The notes beneath the pieces were generated by a model. It did not search any database and was not told the DNA's origin. It saw only the letters and a program-made list of their open reading frames with translations. Below are positions 20,294-32,070 of a stretch of DNA of 64,000 nt, piece after piece (positions within the stretch are counted from its first letter, which is position 1; every line of letters begins with the position of its first letter). The stretch is from the IMG/VR virus record IMGVR_UViG_3300033233_000001, positions 124,001 to 188,000 of that record, one strand, 5' to 3'. A program made the translations under genes and the position numbers.

Positions 20294-20642
20294 CGGAGTC
20301 AGTCCCTCACGTCACGTCGAAGCAAAACCGGACCGCCCTCACGGAAGTCACCGCGGCAGACGCAACCGTATTCCGTAACGCCGAGGTACTCCATCTCGAC
20401 GAGCATGCACGTCCGCCGGCACTCGTCCTGACGCGCTCGCTCCGGCGCGGTGGCCAGCATGCGCCAGACGAAACAGCCGCCGACCGCGAGCAGCAAGATC
20501 GTGATCGACCAGAAGACGTTTGCAGTCAGCCCAGCCCAGTCAGAGCGCATGAGTCGGTCCTAGCACCTCCGGCAACGGCCGACAAGTGCTTACGACACAC
20601 TTTCGAGCGGATGCCGGAAGCGGCTGGCTTACTTGAAGGACT

Positions 20643-20668
20643 GGGCACTCTGGCCGGAGAAATGGTAG
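20643..20668 (+). promoter_or_regulatory. 26-bp repeated promoter element, copy 2
   Basis: Identical to the reverse complement of 3367-3392; TGgTAGGAT lies 6 nt before the GTG at 20678. Confidence 0.6.
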
Positions 20669-20677
20669 GATACGGCC

Positions 20678-21094
20678 GTGAGCGTCGGGGCCGGCATTTT
20701 GTTCGTGGCCGAATCGACCGGGCGCGTGCTTCTCGCGCTCCGGAGCCGTGAGGTCACGTTTCCGGGCACCTGGTGCGTCGTCGGCGGCATGGTCGAGCGC
20801 CGCGAGACCCCGGCGGAGGCGGCAATCCGCGAGGCCGAGGAGGAGGTCGGGTACTCGGGGCCCATCGACCTCTACCGGGGGCTGGTCTTCAAGAGCCCGA
20901 CCTTCACCTACCACAACTTCGTCGGCTTCGTGCCGGCGCAGTTCCGGACGGTTTTGAACGACGAGTCGATGGAGGCCGGCTGGTTCGATCCGCATCATCT
21001 CCCCGAGCCACTGCATCCGGGGACTGACGAGTTCCTGGCGTCGATCGAGAAGATGCTTCGGCGCGCTGGCCGGACCAAGCTCAGCCGGCGCTAG
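20678..21094 (+). CDS. Nudix hydrolase
   Basis: Nudix box GGMVERRETPAEAAIREAEEEVG. Confidence 0.92.
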   Translation: MSVGAGILFVAESTGRVLLALRSREVTFPGTWCVVGGMVERRETPAEAAIREAEEEVGYSGPIDLYRGLVFKSPTFTYHNFVGFVPAQFRTVLNDESMEAGWFDPHHLPEPLHPGTDEFLASIEKMLRRAGRTKLSRR

Positions 21095-21398
21095 CGGCGA
21101 AGGCGCTCGGTTCTCCTGGCGCGACTGCTAGGCGGTTTTCTTCGGCGACGGCGGAGGAGGAGGCCCCTTCACCTCGCGTTCAGCGAAGTCCTCGCCGCAG
21201 ATGGCGAACGTAGACCAGACGTCGCTGGTCACCTTGATGTCTTCCACTTTTCCGAGTGCCTTGATCACTTGCTGGATCGCCTCATGGCCTTCGTTCGCCC
21301 CCAGGCCCAGCTAGCGTCACTGAACTCGCAGTTGTTCTTCGTGTATGAGTACGATACGTACCAGAGCCGTGGGACTCTAGGAGCAGGCTGTCGGTAGC

Positions 21399-21872
21399 TC
21401 ATGCGTGATCTCCGTCGTCCCGAGCGCCCCGGACATACGTGTTGGGGTCCTTCTCTGGGATAAGCGGCTGCTCGCCCAGGTCTGCGCGCAACTCGGCGCC
21501 GCACGCTGGCGAACATATGCAGTTGCAGACGCCCTTGTCAGCTGGTGCCCAGATCTCATAGCCGCAGTTCATACACCGGCCGAGGCGCACGGGGTCGCCT
21601 TCTTTGAACTCGTCGTACTCGAAGACGCCGCCGGGGAACTGCCGCGCGGTCGGGTCCACGATATCGCCGTCGGGCGTCTTGCACCACCAGTGTGCGCGGC
21701 GGCCCCAGGACGTCTCGACGTGCCCTGGCACTCGCATGAGTTCCGGGAAGCGCTCGGCCATCGCCTGCGTGGCCTCGGCGCATTTTGCGTACGTGCGGGC
21801 GGGGCCGCCGATCTCTTGCTCGTAGCTGCGAATCCAATTGTCGTACGCAGACTTGGACACGGTGACGGTCAC
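21399..21872 (-). CDS. hypothetical protein
   Basis: C..HWW..DPTARQF (transglutaminase-like C-H-D pattern) plus a Cys-rich tail. Confidence 0.55.
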   Translation of the reverse strand: MTVTVSKSAYDNWIRSYEQEIGGPARTYAKCAEATQAMAERFPELMRVPGHVETSWGRRAHWWCKTPDGDIVDPTARQFPGGVFEYDEFKEGDPVRLGRCMNCGYEIWAPADKGVCNCICSPACGAELRADLGEQPLIPEKDPNTYVRGARDDGDHA

Positions 21873-24150
21873 TTGTTCTTCTTCCGCTCTCGGCGCTTCC
21901 TAGCGGCTTCCGCGTTGGCCTCGGTTTCGAGGCGCTGTTTGAGCACGCACGCGGCGCAGCTGACGCCGTCACTGCGCCATCCTGCATATCCGGCATGGCC
22001 GCGCTCCCATCCAGACGGCAGTGTCTCGATCGTGAGCGCCGCTGCGACCTCCGTTGGGATTCCGTTTAGTTCCTGCAAGTCGTCGGTTCCGCGAAGGCAC
22101 GCGGCGTCGGCTTCGCGCTTGCCGCAGCCACCGCATTCGAGCCAGACGCTGCCGCCGCCGATGAAGAATGTCGTCACGGCAGCGCCCACAGGTCGTGCGT
22201 GAGTCCGTCCATCCCGCAGCGCGAGCATGAAGCGCGCGCGAGGCGCCGGACGAGCAGATCCGAACCCTCGCGCGCGCCGAACGCGACGAACTTCGACGGG
22301 CCGTCCCAGACGTGTTCGCACGGGCCTGCCGGACACTTGCAGGCGCACCGCTGGTTCTGCGGTCCGCGCGAGAAGACGGTCACGGGCTGCGGCCGCGTGT
22401 CCTCGGGCTTCATCGAGGTGCACCGCAGCGCGAGCAGGCCGTATCCCCGACCGAGAGCGCTTTGCAGTAGTCGCAGCGCCGAGGCTCAGACCACGACAGC
22501 GCGATCGCGCCGTCTCTGCGACCGCCAGGCGAGACACGGACGTCCGTGTGCGTCACGCCCGCCGGGATAGTGAACGCACCGGAGAGATTGATGACTGCGC
22601 TTTTCTCTTGGTTCCGATGACCTTCGGCATGGTTACTCCTCGGCGGCGGCAGCCTGCCCCGGCCGCTGTGTCTCGCATGCGTCCTTCAAGCGCCGTCCGT
22701 CGTGCTCGCTACGGGCGAGCAGGCGGATCTGCTCGTCCGGCGCCTCGCGCGCGATGCGGTCGAGCGCGTAGCCCGGCAGGCTCCGAAGCCACGCGGTCAC
22801 GGTGATGTCGCTCTGTGCGACCTGATCGACGACGATGCGGGTCATGGGCGACGCGATGTAGCACAGGTCGTTCACGTTGGCATCAGTGCGCTGCTGCGCA
22901 GGTGCAGAACATCAGGCCAAAGCAGACCAGGAACCCGGCCCAGGACACCGCATCGCCCAGCTTCTCGACCGCTTTGATGAGCCGCTCTGCCTGGTGGGGC
23001 GTCATCGGATCCACCACAAGCACGCCGCTGCGAGCGCGAACACGGCGAGTGGCCCAACCACTGGGTAGCAGGCGATTGCCCAGCAGAGCGCGCCGAGGAC
23101 GACCAAGAAGACCGCGAACACGCCGCCGAGGATCCAAGGGCCCCAGCGGTTGTCCCAGTCACGCTGCTTCTTCCGCGCGTCCGTGATCGTTCGTAGTTCA
23201 GGTACTCGCTGCACGTAACCTCGACCCCGTGCAGAAGCACCGTCGCTTCACGAAAGCGCACACGCGGCGCATTGTCAGCAGCAGCGGCATCTCGGTATCC
23301 GGCTGGGTGGATCATGGCTTCGTCTCCACGGTTGCGACAGGGCGCTCCGCCTCGTCGGCGAGAGCGCGGAGATGCGCCGCGTTTGCCGCGGCTTGCTGCA
23401 TGCGCCCCTCCATCCACACGTTCGTGTGTTCACCCGGCGAGTCCTTCCAGTCGATCGCGTCCGCTGCCTCGCGGAGCGCCGATGCCCGTGCCTTGGCGAG
23501 CGCTCGGGCGGCGAGATCGGCGGGGGTCGCGGCGAGAGCGGCACGGGCACGCGGGCGCAGGCTCACGAGTCGCTCGACGGCCTCCGGCGTGTCGCCGGAC
23601 AGATCGGGGTCGAGCACCTCGGCGACGGCCTCCCGTAGCCCGTGCAGCGCGGTGAGCGCGGTGTCGCGTTCGGACTCGGCCTTCTCGGCTCGTTCGGCCC
23701 ACTCCGCGCGTTCCAGCTGGTGCCGTGCGTCGCGCGCGTCGGCGGGCCATTCGCCGAGCGGTAGGCCGTCGAGAGACAGCGCTGTGTCACGCTCGGCACG
23801 TGCCAGATCACGCTCGGCGCGGAGCGCGCTCATTTCCTTGCCAGCCTGTTTGATCGCAGTGATCAACGATTCCAGCGCTTCCCTGATCACAGCCTCTTGC
23901 GTGGGGTCCGTGCCCACGCCTGCTTCTGTGACCGAGGACGGCTTTCCGCCGAAGATCGACTCCTCGTACGTCTTGTCGGCCGCGACCCGAAGTTCGGCGA
24001 CCTCCTCTTCCGTCGGCGGTCGCGCTACAACTCCAGCGAGCGGCGACTTCAGACGCACAGGCGAGCGCGACCAGAGCGAGCCGTTGCGCGCAGACTCGAT
24101 CACGGACACCGGCTGCTCGTCCGTGCTGCCTGCTAACTCCTTCTCGTCGT

Positions 24151-24744
24151 TCACGACGCGCCTCCGTCCGGCGGACCATCGTGAGCGACGATCTCCCCGA
24201 GAGCCGCCTTGAGCGCTGGGATGCACACGTCGCGCACCATCTTGAGCCACCGGGAGTCCGAGTAAACGAGCAGGTTGTGCGCGTCCTCGACAACGTCGTC
24301 GAGAGGGTCGGTCTCTCGTCCGGCTTCGACATCGTCCCAGTCCGCCGTGTCGATCTCGTCTCTGATGAATTCGTCGCCGGCAAGACCGGCTTCCGCTGCC
24401 GCCTCGCGATGCGCGGCAATCGTCGCTGGCTCGTCGAGCGCGAACTTCTTGTCACTCGGCACGAGCTTGTCGGCAAGATAGCCCGCACTCGCCTGACGCA
24501 CAAAGCTCGTCAGCGACTGTGCCGGTCCGTCGGGAGTCTTCTGGCCTCCGAGATGCCGCAGGTCCCAGCGGTGCCCCCAGCAGCCGTCGTACTCGTAGAT
24601 GACCAGCAGGCCGCTCTCGTCGTCCACGAGCGCGATCATCGAGTCGCCGGACGGCAGCTTGATGCGGTAGCTTCGGGCGGTGCCGACCGAGCACCTCGGC
24701 GGGTAGGGCTCCAACAGATCGAGACTGCAATCCGGGTCGGTCAC
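24151..24744 (-). CDS. hypothetical phage protein
   Basis: GTG start overlapping the upstream stop. Confidence 0.5.
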   Translation of the reverse strand: MTDPDCSLDLLEPYPPRCSVGTARSYRIKLPSGDSMIALVDDESGLLVIYEYDGCWGHRWDLRHLGGQKTPDGPAQSLTSFVRQASAGYLADKLVPSDKKFALDEPATIAAHREAAAEAGLAGDEFIRDEIDTADWDDVEAGRETDPLDDVVEDAHNLLVYSDSRWLKMVRDVCIPALKAALGEIVAHDGPPDGGAS

Positions 24745-25040
24745 GTCTCGTCCTCGGTGGTCATCCGGAAGTCGTCGAGGTGCATTCCCCACCAGATCTT
24801 GCCGGCGCCGTCGACGAACGCGCCGTGCCCCGGCATGTTCTCGATCTCGAAGAGGAACAGAAACGTCTGCCCGTTCTTCCACGCGCGGTACTTGTAGTGC
24901 TCGGCGGACGGCAGCGCTTCGAGCACGACGATGCAGCCGGGTCGCAGGTGCCCGTGCAGCGGGCCATGGCCCTTGCTGCGCTTGATTTTCTTCGGCGGCA
25001 CCTGGCGCTTCTCGAACTTCGGGTGCTCGGCCGTGGCCAT
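24741..25040 (-). CDS. hypothetical protein
   Basis: MATAEHPKFEK..EIENMPGH..GMHLDDFR. Confidence 0.5.
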   Translation of the reverse strand: MATAEHPKFEKRQVPPKKIKRSKGHGPLHGHLRPGCIVVLEALPSAEHYKYRAWKNGQTFLFLFEIENMPGHGAFVDGAGKIWWGMHLDDFRMTTEDET

Positions 25041-25063
25041 CGCTCGTTCGTCGCCCTTCACGG

Positions 25064-25435
25064 TCACCCCAACTCGCTGAGGTCGATCTCCTCGCCGGTG
25101 ATCGCCTCCTTGCACACGATGACGGTCCCGATGCCCGTGGGTGTGAAGCTCCACGTGTAGCCGCCGCCGACCGCGCCATAGTACGGAGCCACGCCGAAGC
25201 CGGCCTCTTCGCTGCCGTCGCTGCCGTCTTCCCACGCCGCGACCTGCTTCTGCTTCGCGCGTTCTCGAACCTCCGCATACCAGGCGCGGTAGCGAGCGTC
25301 CTGTTCAGCCGTCAGCGTGAACGTGAGCGATCGGCGCGTCCTGCTCGCCGTGAGCATGTCGCCGATGATGTCGACGGCATCGATTTTCGGGCTCTCGTCC
25401 TCGTTCGGGCCTGGAAACTCGAACCAGTCCTTCAT
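25064..25435 (-). CDS. conserved hypothetical phage protein
   Basis: GAVGGGYTWSFTPTGIG..TGEEIDLS. Confidence 0.6.
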   Translation of the reverse strand: MKDWFEFPGPNEDESPKIDAVDIIGDMLTASRTRRSLTFTLTAEQDARYRAWYAEVRERAKQKQVAAWEDGSDGSEEAGFGVAPYYGAVGGGYTWSFTPTGIGTVIVCKEAITGEEIDLSELG

Positions 25436-25497
25436 CGCCGGCACGTAGGCTTCGACGTCCAGAGACGGCGCAGGCGGAAGCAGCCTGTGCCGCTCTC

Positions 25498-25860
25498 TCA
25501 CGACGCCGCCAGCTTGATGGCCTTGTCGAACGCGGCGACGACCTGTTTTTGCGTGCGCCTCGGCCTGTCGTTCCACTTCGAGACGCCATGGCGTCCGCGC
25601 ACACCGATGCCCTTCCGCAGAACACGGAGGGCCTCGCCCTGAAGACTCGGCGCGACCGACGCTGCGGCCTTCGCACAGGCTCCGCCAGCGCAGAATGCGA
25701 CCGCGGCGGGGTCGTCCCATGCGACGAGCGTGCCGAGATGATTGACGGCGTCCGATCCAGATGTCCAGCCGTTCTTCTTCGCGACCAACTTCTGAGCTTG
25801 GCGAAGAATCTTGGCTGTCAACGCGCTACGATTCTCGACTGTCACCGTCTTTGGCGTCAT
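25498..25860 (-). CDS. DUF6197-like hypothetical protein
   Basis: FCAGGA..WNDRPRRTQKQVVAAFDKA. Confidence 0.6.
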   Translation of the reverse strand: MTPKTVTVENRSALTAKILRQAQKLVAKKNGWTSGSDAVNHLGTLVAWDDPAAVAFCAGGACAKAAASVAPSLQGEALRVLRKGIGVRGRHGVSKWNDRPRRTQKQVVAAFDKAIKLAAS

Positions 25861-25889
25861 CGTCCCCTCGTACGTACGACCTGAAGAAG

Positions 25890-26430
25890 AGAAAGGGTAA
25901 GCGCTGGAGTCGAACCAGCCTTTGTCCCGTCACGGTCTTCCGTGCACCGGGGCGTGCCCACGCACGCTCACCCATAGGCGGGCCGAAGTGAAAGTAACCT
26001 TTCCATCCCGGCCCTGTTTGTCGTTGTATAGCTTGGTAGCCATAAGACGCGCACCTAGCGCTGTTCACGTCCGGCATGGGGCACCCTTAGATCGGAGTCC
26101 CGGCGCTCTGCCTCTGAGCTACCTCTCCGTAAAAGTGGAGAGGGCTGGATTTGAACCAGCGACCTCCGGAAATTTGGATACCGTAGTGATGACGTGTCGA
26201 GCAGTGCGTTCTCAGCTTGTCCACTAGAGCTTGACGCTGCGATTCACCTTGAATGGGCGTGTGCGAAACCTTGCCTCTGCTATTCGGCTACTCCCCGGAG
26301 ATGTCGTCAGAACGGAACGAGTGTTCCGATCGGGGAGGCAGGACTTGCACCTGCAAATTTGGGTTACGCGCCCGAGATTGAGATTGGTGGTCCTTTGGCG
26401 ACGAGCACCATTGCCCGCCGCGCCATCTGT
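25890..26430 (-). ncRNA. long structured RNA with permuted tRNA-like modules
   Basis: T-arm / closed acceptor stem / D-arm modules at 26273-26354 and 26100-26169; a further T-arm at 25903-25919. Confidence 0.7.
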
Positions 26431-26440
26431 GTGCCGGGGA

Positions 26441-27184
26441 TCAGCCCAGCAGGTAGCCGAGCAGCTTCTCGCCGATGCGCCGCTCCTCGACCTCGAACAT
26501 GTTGGCGCGCTCTCGCGCCTCCTTCACGGCCTTCTGGAGGATCGCGACGCGCCGGACTAGACCGCGACGCGCGTCGTCAGGGATGGCCCCCGAGTGCTTC
26601 ACCATCGTCCAGGTGCCGACCGTGACGTCGTCGTCGATCAGCTGGGTCTGCGCCGGGTGCTTGTCCGAGTGCGGGTAGAGTACGATCGCCTTCTTGACCT
26701 TCTTCGTCTTGATGGTCTCGACCGGCGGCGTGACGTGATAGCCCTTGGCATTGTCGAACGTCCAGGCCTCGGCCGGGTCGAGCGTCGGCAGCTTCTCGCA
26801 GAAGGTGTGCAGGTCCGTCAGCTGCTTCTCCAGAAAGAGCAGCGTCGGCGCCGGGATGTCCTTCCCGATCTCGGTCCCGTCGTCGAGCACGATGTCCGCG
26901 CCGGTGCCACGGTTGCCGTGGTCCTTCGTGAGCGTCGCGTCGAACAGGTCCCGCATGTCCTCGCCGAACAGCTGCTTGAGCGCGTCCATCACGCGCATCT
27001 GGACGAGCTTGCTCTCGGCCGGGAAGCGCTCGCCCTCCTCGTCCTTCGGCGAGTACGTCTTCGCGAACCCGAAGACGACGTCCGGCCTCTGGAGCAGGTG
27101 GTGCTCCTTCGTCAGGTCTTTGTACGCGCGCGCCTTGATGTCGCGCTCGGTGGCAACCACCGCATTCAGCCTCTTCTTGCCCAT
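26441..27184 (-). CDS. conserved protein of unknown function (DUF7873-like, from recollection)
   Basis: LLFLEKQLTDL..KLPTLDP..KTKKV..KHPAQ..HSGA..AVKEARERAN. Confidence 0.75.
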   Translation of the reverse strand: MGKKRLNAVVATERDIKARAYKDLTKEHHLLQRPDVVFGFAKTYSPKDEEGERFPAESKLVQMRVMDALKQLFGEDMRDLFDATLTKDHGNRGTGADIVLDDGTEIGKDIPAPTLLFLEKQLTDLHTFCEKLPTLDPAEAWTFDNAKGYHVTPPVETIKTKKVKKAIVLYPHSDKHPAQTQLIDDDVTVGTWTMVKHSGAIPDDARRGLVRRVAILQKAVKEARERANMFEVEERRIGEKLLGYLLG

Positions 27185-28125
27185 GATCTCGTCGTCCCTT
27201 CCGTGCGCCCAGCACGAGAGCCCTGTCTACCACGCTTGGAACCGAATGCAACAACAAAACGCAGCATCGTCGGACGATTTTCCTGCCGCTAGACCTTCGT
27301 CAGGCCTCCGGTCGTGGCCGGTGTCCAGCCGAGCTTTACCGCGAGTACGTTTGCCTGATCGCCTTCGACCTGAAACTCGTCGCCGCTGAATGTCCGGAGA
27401 TGCGTGCGGCGCGTCTCCGAATTGTACATGACGCTCTCGATGCGGTCCGACCGGAGGTAGTACACCTGCCCCTGGCCGACGATCTGCAACGTCCCGATGG
27501 CCGAGACGCTCTTCGTGTGCGTCGCGCACATCGGAAACACGCAGCGACCGCCCATGAGCGCCATGCCACAGACAGGACAGAGCGGTGTCATCAGGCGCTC
27601 CTCGTCAGTCATGGTCCGAACGTCTCCTTCGCCTTGATCAACAACTCGTCGATGCGCTTGACGACTTCTGCCGTACTGCCGGCCGGGCCTGTGACATCGC
27701 TCCTGTCGCTCCTGTCGCTCCTCATCGCCGCCCGAAGCGCGTCACGCAGGCCGGCGCGGTACGCCTGTTGAACAGCATGGCGCGCAGAGTCCGCAACAGC
27801 GCCGCGCAGACCTGCGTCCGAGAGAATCGCGTCGAGCCGGTCTTTCAGGCCGTCGCTCATCGGCTCGTAACCCAGCCACCCGTCATCTCGTGCAACCGAA
27901 CGCGCGCCATGTCGAATGCCTCTTCGCGCCTTGTTAGCGGACCGACGCTCTACCGTTGGACATCTGGCGGACCGTCGGTGTCCTCGTCGTAGATGTGCGC
28001 CATCCACCCCTCATCCACGCGTTCCAGAAGGATCCAGAGCGAGGAGCCCCGTACACACGGATACGCGACGACGACATCTAGCAGCACGTGAGTCGGGCTC
28101 GTAGGCGGAATCCGGTGCCCCTCGC

Positions 28126-28896
28126 TCACGGCGTCCCCTTGAGCGGCGCGCCAAGCCAGCCACCAATCTCGTCTTCGCGGCCGGTGAACAGCGCGCGACG
28201 ATAGAGCGCAAGCTCGTCGCGCGACCAGAGGCAATCCGGAAGTGCCCGATGCACCGTCTCGCCCTTCGGACCCGCGTAGCCCGGCAGCACCCAGCGGCGT
28301 ACGAGGCCTCGCAGCGCGCTGACGTCGACCATGCGGTACGACAGGAACTCGTGAAGCGCCGGCATCTGCGTCGCGATCCAGACCCTGTCTACCCCGATGC
28401 TGCTGCCAGCGATGACCGCCTCGCCCTTCTTGAAGCCCTGTGCCTCTAGCCAGGCGATGAAAGCGCCTTCGACGACGTTCAGCGGCACGCGCCGGTCTGC
28501 TGCCAAGCTCTCTGCGCGCAGCCCGGACTCTGTGTGCATCTTTGCGACGACTTCGTGTACGTCGTTCCACTCGACCTCGTGCTGGAAGACCACGGCGGTC
28601 TTCGTCGCGAGCACGTTCAGGTCCGGCGAGCACGCCGCCATCGCGATCTCCACGATGGACGAGTTCGGCATCAGCCCGAGCGTTTCGAGGTCGGTGAAGA
28701 CCAGCCGGTCACGCACCTCGGGCGGCGAGCGCGGCGCCTCCTCCGGCACGGCGATGGCAGCGCCGAGCGCGGCGCGCGCGTCTGCGCAGGCGATTACCCA
28801 CGCGTCGTGCGTCTCGGCTGTAGTAGCGTGGCCATGCGCCGCCATCAGCGCGCGCGCGGCTTCCTCGATCGCCTTGTCGCGTTCGCTTCTTGCCAT
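28126..28896 (-). CDS. orn: oligoribonuclease (DEDDh)
   Basis: DLETLGL, MHTESGL, SYRMVDVS and HRALPD. Confidence 0.88.
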   Translation of the reverse strand: MARSERDKAIEEAARALMAAHGHATTAETHDAWVIACADARAALGAAIAVPEEAPRSPPEVRDRLVFTDLETLGLMPNSSIVEIAMAACSPDLNVLATKTAVVFQHEVEWNDVHEVVAKMHTESGLRAESLAADRRVPLNVVEGAFIAWLEAQGFKKGEAVIAGSSIGVDRVWIATQMPALHEFLSYRMVDVSALRGLVRRWVLPGYAGPKGETVHRALPDCLWSRDELALYRRALFTGREDEIGGWLGAPLKGTP

Positions 28897-29154
28897 GGGT
28901 CAGCCCTGCCGGAGACCGAGGCGGATGGCCGCGAGCGCGCCTTCCTTCACGGTCTTGATCCCGGCCCTCTCCATGAACGCGAGCAGCATGGCGTAGGTCT
29001 CTGCGTCGACCTTGACGCCGATCGTCTTCACCGTGCCGGGAAGCGGCACCTCTCTTGTTCCTGTGCTGGGCATAGCCCTCACCTTCTTCTGCGGAAGCGC
29101 GGCCTCGAACGCCGCGAGCCGTCGGTTGATCTGTTCGAGCAACATCTGAAAATC

Positions 29155-29682
29155 CTAGCCTTCGTCCTCGCGAGTCCGCCACTCCTCTTTCCAGGAGTCG
29201 TCTTGTTCGTCACGGTCGTTCCACGTGGACATCGAGCCTATCAGCGCCAGCAGCGGCTCGGTACGACGACCCGACTCCACCATCCAGTCGAGCAGCCTCC
29301 CCGCCGCTGCAAGACGAGTCAACGTTACGTTCCTGCGCCCCTCTGGACTGCCGTAGCGCTCACGCTTTTTCTGCCACTCCGGGAACTTCCAGTACTTGCA
29401 GAGGTTGATCGGCAGAAAGAGGTGCTGCTCCACACTTTCAAGCGTGGTTTCCAAGACGATGAGGTCGTTGTACACGAGCCCCAGCATGTTGTGACTGTGA
29501 TTGACCTCGCACTCGGCGCGCAGCAGGTCTTGCTCGGTGGACGCGAGAGCGTCGCGTGCGGTATTTCGTTCGTCGACGAGCTTCTCGATCTCGGCATACG
29601 CGGCGGTCGCCGGCATGCTCGGCGGCACGAATAGCATCTCGCACAGGCGATCGTAGGCAGCGGCTTTCTCGTCGTCGGTCAT
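29155..29682 (-). CDS. hypothetical protein
   Basis: Coupled ORF. Confidence 0.5.
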   Translation of the reverse strand: MTDDEKAAAYDRLCEMLFVPPSMPATAAYAEIEKLVDERNTARDALASTEQDLLRAECEVNHSHNMLGLVYNDLIVLETTLESVEQHLFLPINLCKYWKFPEWQKKRERYGSPEGRRNVTLTRLAAAGRLLDWMVESGRRTEPLLALIGSMSTWNDRDEQDDSWKEEWRTREDEG

Positions 29683-30736
29683 CGCTCGCCCTCGGCCATG
29701 CGGCGTCCCGCGTCAGTGATTCGCAGGTACCGGACGGTGCCCCTCTTGGTCTTGTACGGGTTCGGAAGCCAGCAGGTCTCGACGAGACCGCCTTCCTCCA
29801 GCTTCCAGCATAGCCCAGCGTTGATTTCCTGCCGAGGGACAGGCGCTGTCAGCAGCGACCGAAGCGTCTTCTTGGCCAGTGCCGAAAGTGGCTTCGCCGG
29901 ATTGGGCCTACCCGGATCGGAAGCCGTCACGGTGCGATCTCCACTCCGCGCTCGGTACTACACGAGATGCCGTAATGTATGCCGCCGATCGTGATGCCGA
30001 AGAGCAGTGCCCACGCCAGCAACACGAACACCACGCATCCGAGACAGCCGCCGCAACCAGCACTTCCGCTCATGCTCGTCTTGTCGCTCATCTCGCGCGC
30101 TTCCTCTCCGACTGCGGCGCCGGATCGGGCGTGGCGACAAGGGCGCTTCGCAGCGCGTCGATCGCATCGGAGTATCGCTGCTCGGCCGGCGACATCTGCT
30201 CCCTGTCGACCCACCACGACCCCATCCCGCGATCGGCCGCGCTGACCTTCTCCGCCGCCTCGCGCAGCCCCACAAGCGCCTGCTTGGCGTCCCACTCACG
30301 CGCCGCAGCCTCTCTCTCGGCCTGCTGCGTGACCTCGCAGAGGGCTCGGGCGTCCGCCAGCGCCGCCTGCGCCTCGTTGCGGTCGGCCTCGGCCTGCTCA
30401 GCGCGAAGGAGCGTGATCGCAAGCAGTCGGTCGATCTCCGACTTCGGAATCGGAAGACCGGTCATCGAGACCTCGGCGTGTACCAGTAAAACTGGTCGCA
30501 CTCGGCAACGGACACGCCGTTCTCCAGATGATGATGCAGGCACTCGTGGTCCTTGTGTGCCGGACACGCCTGCCGATCGGAAGACCGTACACGCACCTGC
30601 CCTCCGCCGAGACTCGCCGGCAACCGAACCCAATCCGGTCGGTCAGTTCCGATCAGCAGCATCTTGCCGTCGCCCTCGTGCTCGGCGTCCCCCTGGGCGA
30701 CTGTGTCCCCCGGGCCCCGGTCGAACCACTCGACAG

Positions 30737-31561
30737 TCATGGCGCTGCCTGCAACTCGACGCGCACGACGCGGTCCTCCGGCGACGACCGTCTCGGCATG
30801 ATCGCCAGGCGCCAGCGCGGCAGACCATGTCCGCACGCGCGGAAGCCGATCGGATCGAGCGGATCTGCCGACTTCGAGACGAAGAAGCCGCTGTCGAGCC
30901 AGCGCGGCATGAAGTGATGGACGAGCAGCGGATCCACATGCGTTTCACCGAACACGAGGTCTGCGCGACACGTCCCGCCGTCTCGGTCATCGCCCGTCTC
31001 CGTCATCGCGTACGCAACCAGCGGCATGAAATCGTCGTACTGGAGAACCCACGGCATGTTCGCCCAGTCGACATCGCGCGTCGTCGCCTCCCATGGAGTC
31101 ATGTCGACCGTCACACCGGCCACCACGAGGCCCTTCCTCGGCGGTGGCCGCCCGTTCTCGACTACGCGGGCTCCGACGACCGAGAGGATCGCGTTACCGT
31201 CCGTCACACACGCGTGTTCCGTCTCGCCGCTACCCTCCATCCACGAGCGCATACGTCGGGCTCCGACATCGTGACCGTTCAGCGGACGACGACAAAGCCA
31301 GGCCGGCGCGTCCAGAAGTGACGCTAGCCCCGCCTTCGGACGCGCGGCCAGCCACTCGGCGCACTCGCTGTCGTAGAGCGCCTCTCGCAGTGACCGGACG
31401 TGCCCGTCGACGTCGTTTCTGTCGTCAACCGCTCCGCTCACGAGCGAGCGAGCCGCCTCGTGCACTCGCCGAAGCCGCTCGACCTCGACCCGCAGACGAT
31501 TCGCTTCCGAGACGGCCCACGCGGCAACTTCTTCGGCCTCCTCACGCTTCTGATCGGTCAT
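30737..31561 (-). CDS. hypothetical protein
   Basis: ATG just downstream of a box-containing promoter. Confidence 0.55.
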   Translation of the reverse strand: MTDQKREEAEEVAAWAVSEANRLRVEVERLRRVHEAARSLVSGAVDDRNDVDGHVRSLREALYDSECAEWLAARPKAGLASLLDAPAWLCRRPLNGHDVGARRMRSWMEGSGETEHACVTDGNAILSVVGARVVENGRPPPRKGLVVAGVTVDMTPWEATTRDVDWANMPWVLQYDDFMPLVAYAMTETGDDRDGGTCRADLVFGETHVDPLLVHHFMPRWLDSGFFVSKSADPLDPIGFRACGHGLPRWRLAIMPRRSSPEDRVVRVELQAAP

Positions 31562-32070
31562 GGTCGAGTAGTGTGTCGTAAGCTGCGTAGGCAGTCAACT
31601 AGTTCGAGACGCGGGTCCGCAGGTGCGTCCGCACTTTTTCGATCTGCGCGAGGTCGGTCTCGGACAGCGTGGCGACATCGAACGCTCGCAGCTGCATCGC
31701 CTGGTCGTACTTGCTGACGGCGAGGCAGTAGACGCACACAGTGAGGTCTTCGGGCTTCGGACCGAGATGGCCCTCCATGACGCCCGCCGCGTCGACCTGA
31801 GTCTTACACTCGGGACACGAGGTCAGCGAGAGACGCACGGAACGCAGCGTCATGGATTGTCGCTGGCGTCATCGTCAAGACCGCCGCCTGCAATGTAGAG
31901 CAGGCCGCACTCGGTGCAGTGCGTCTTCATCAGCATCATCACGCCGCGCTCGTGGTCGTCGCCGTACGTCCAACGCCAGATCTCGACCAACGGCTCGTGA
32001 CACACCGAGCAGTAGCGGTTGACCACGCGGTCGGCGTTCTCCTTCGGCGGAACGTACTCGTCATCGCTGC

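Noticed and set aside
20643-20668. Sigma54 promoter reading of GGCAC
   Set aside because: There is no TTGC -12 element at the required spacing.
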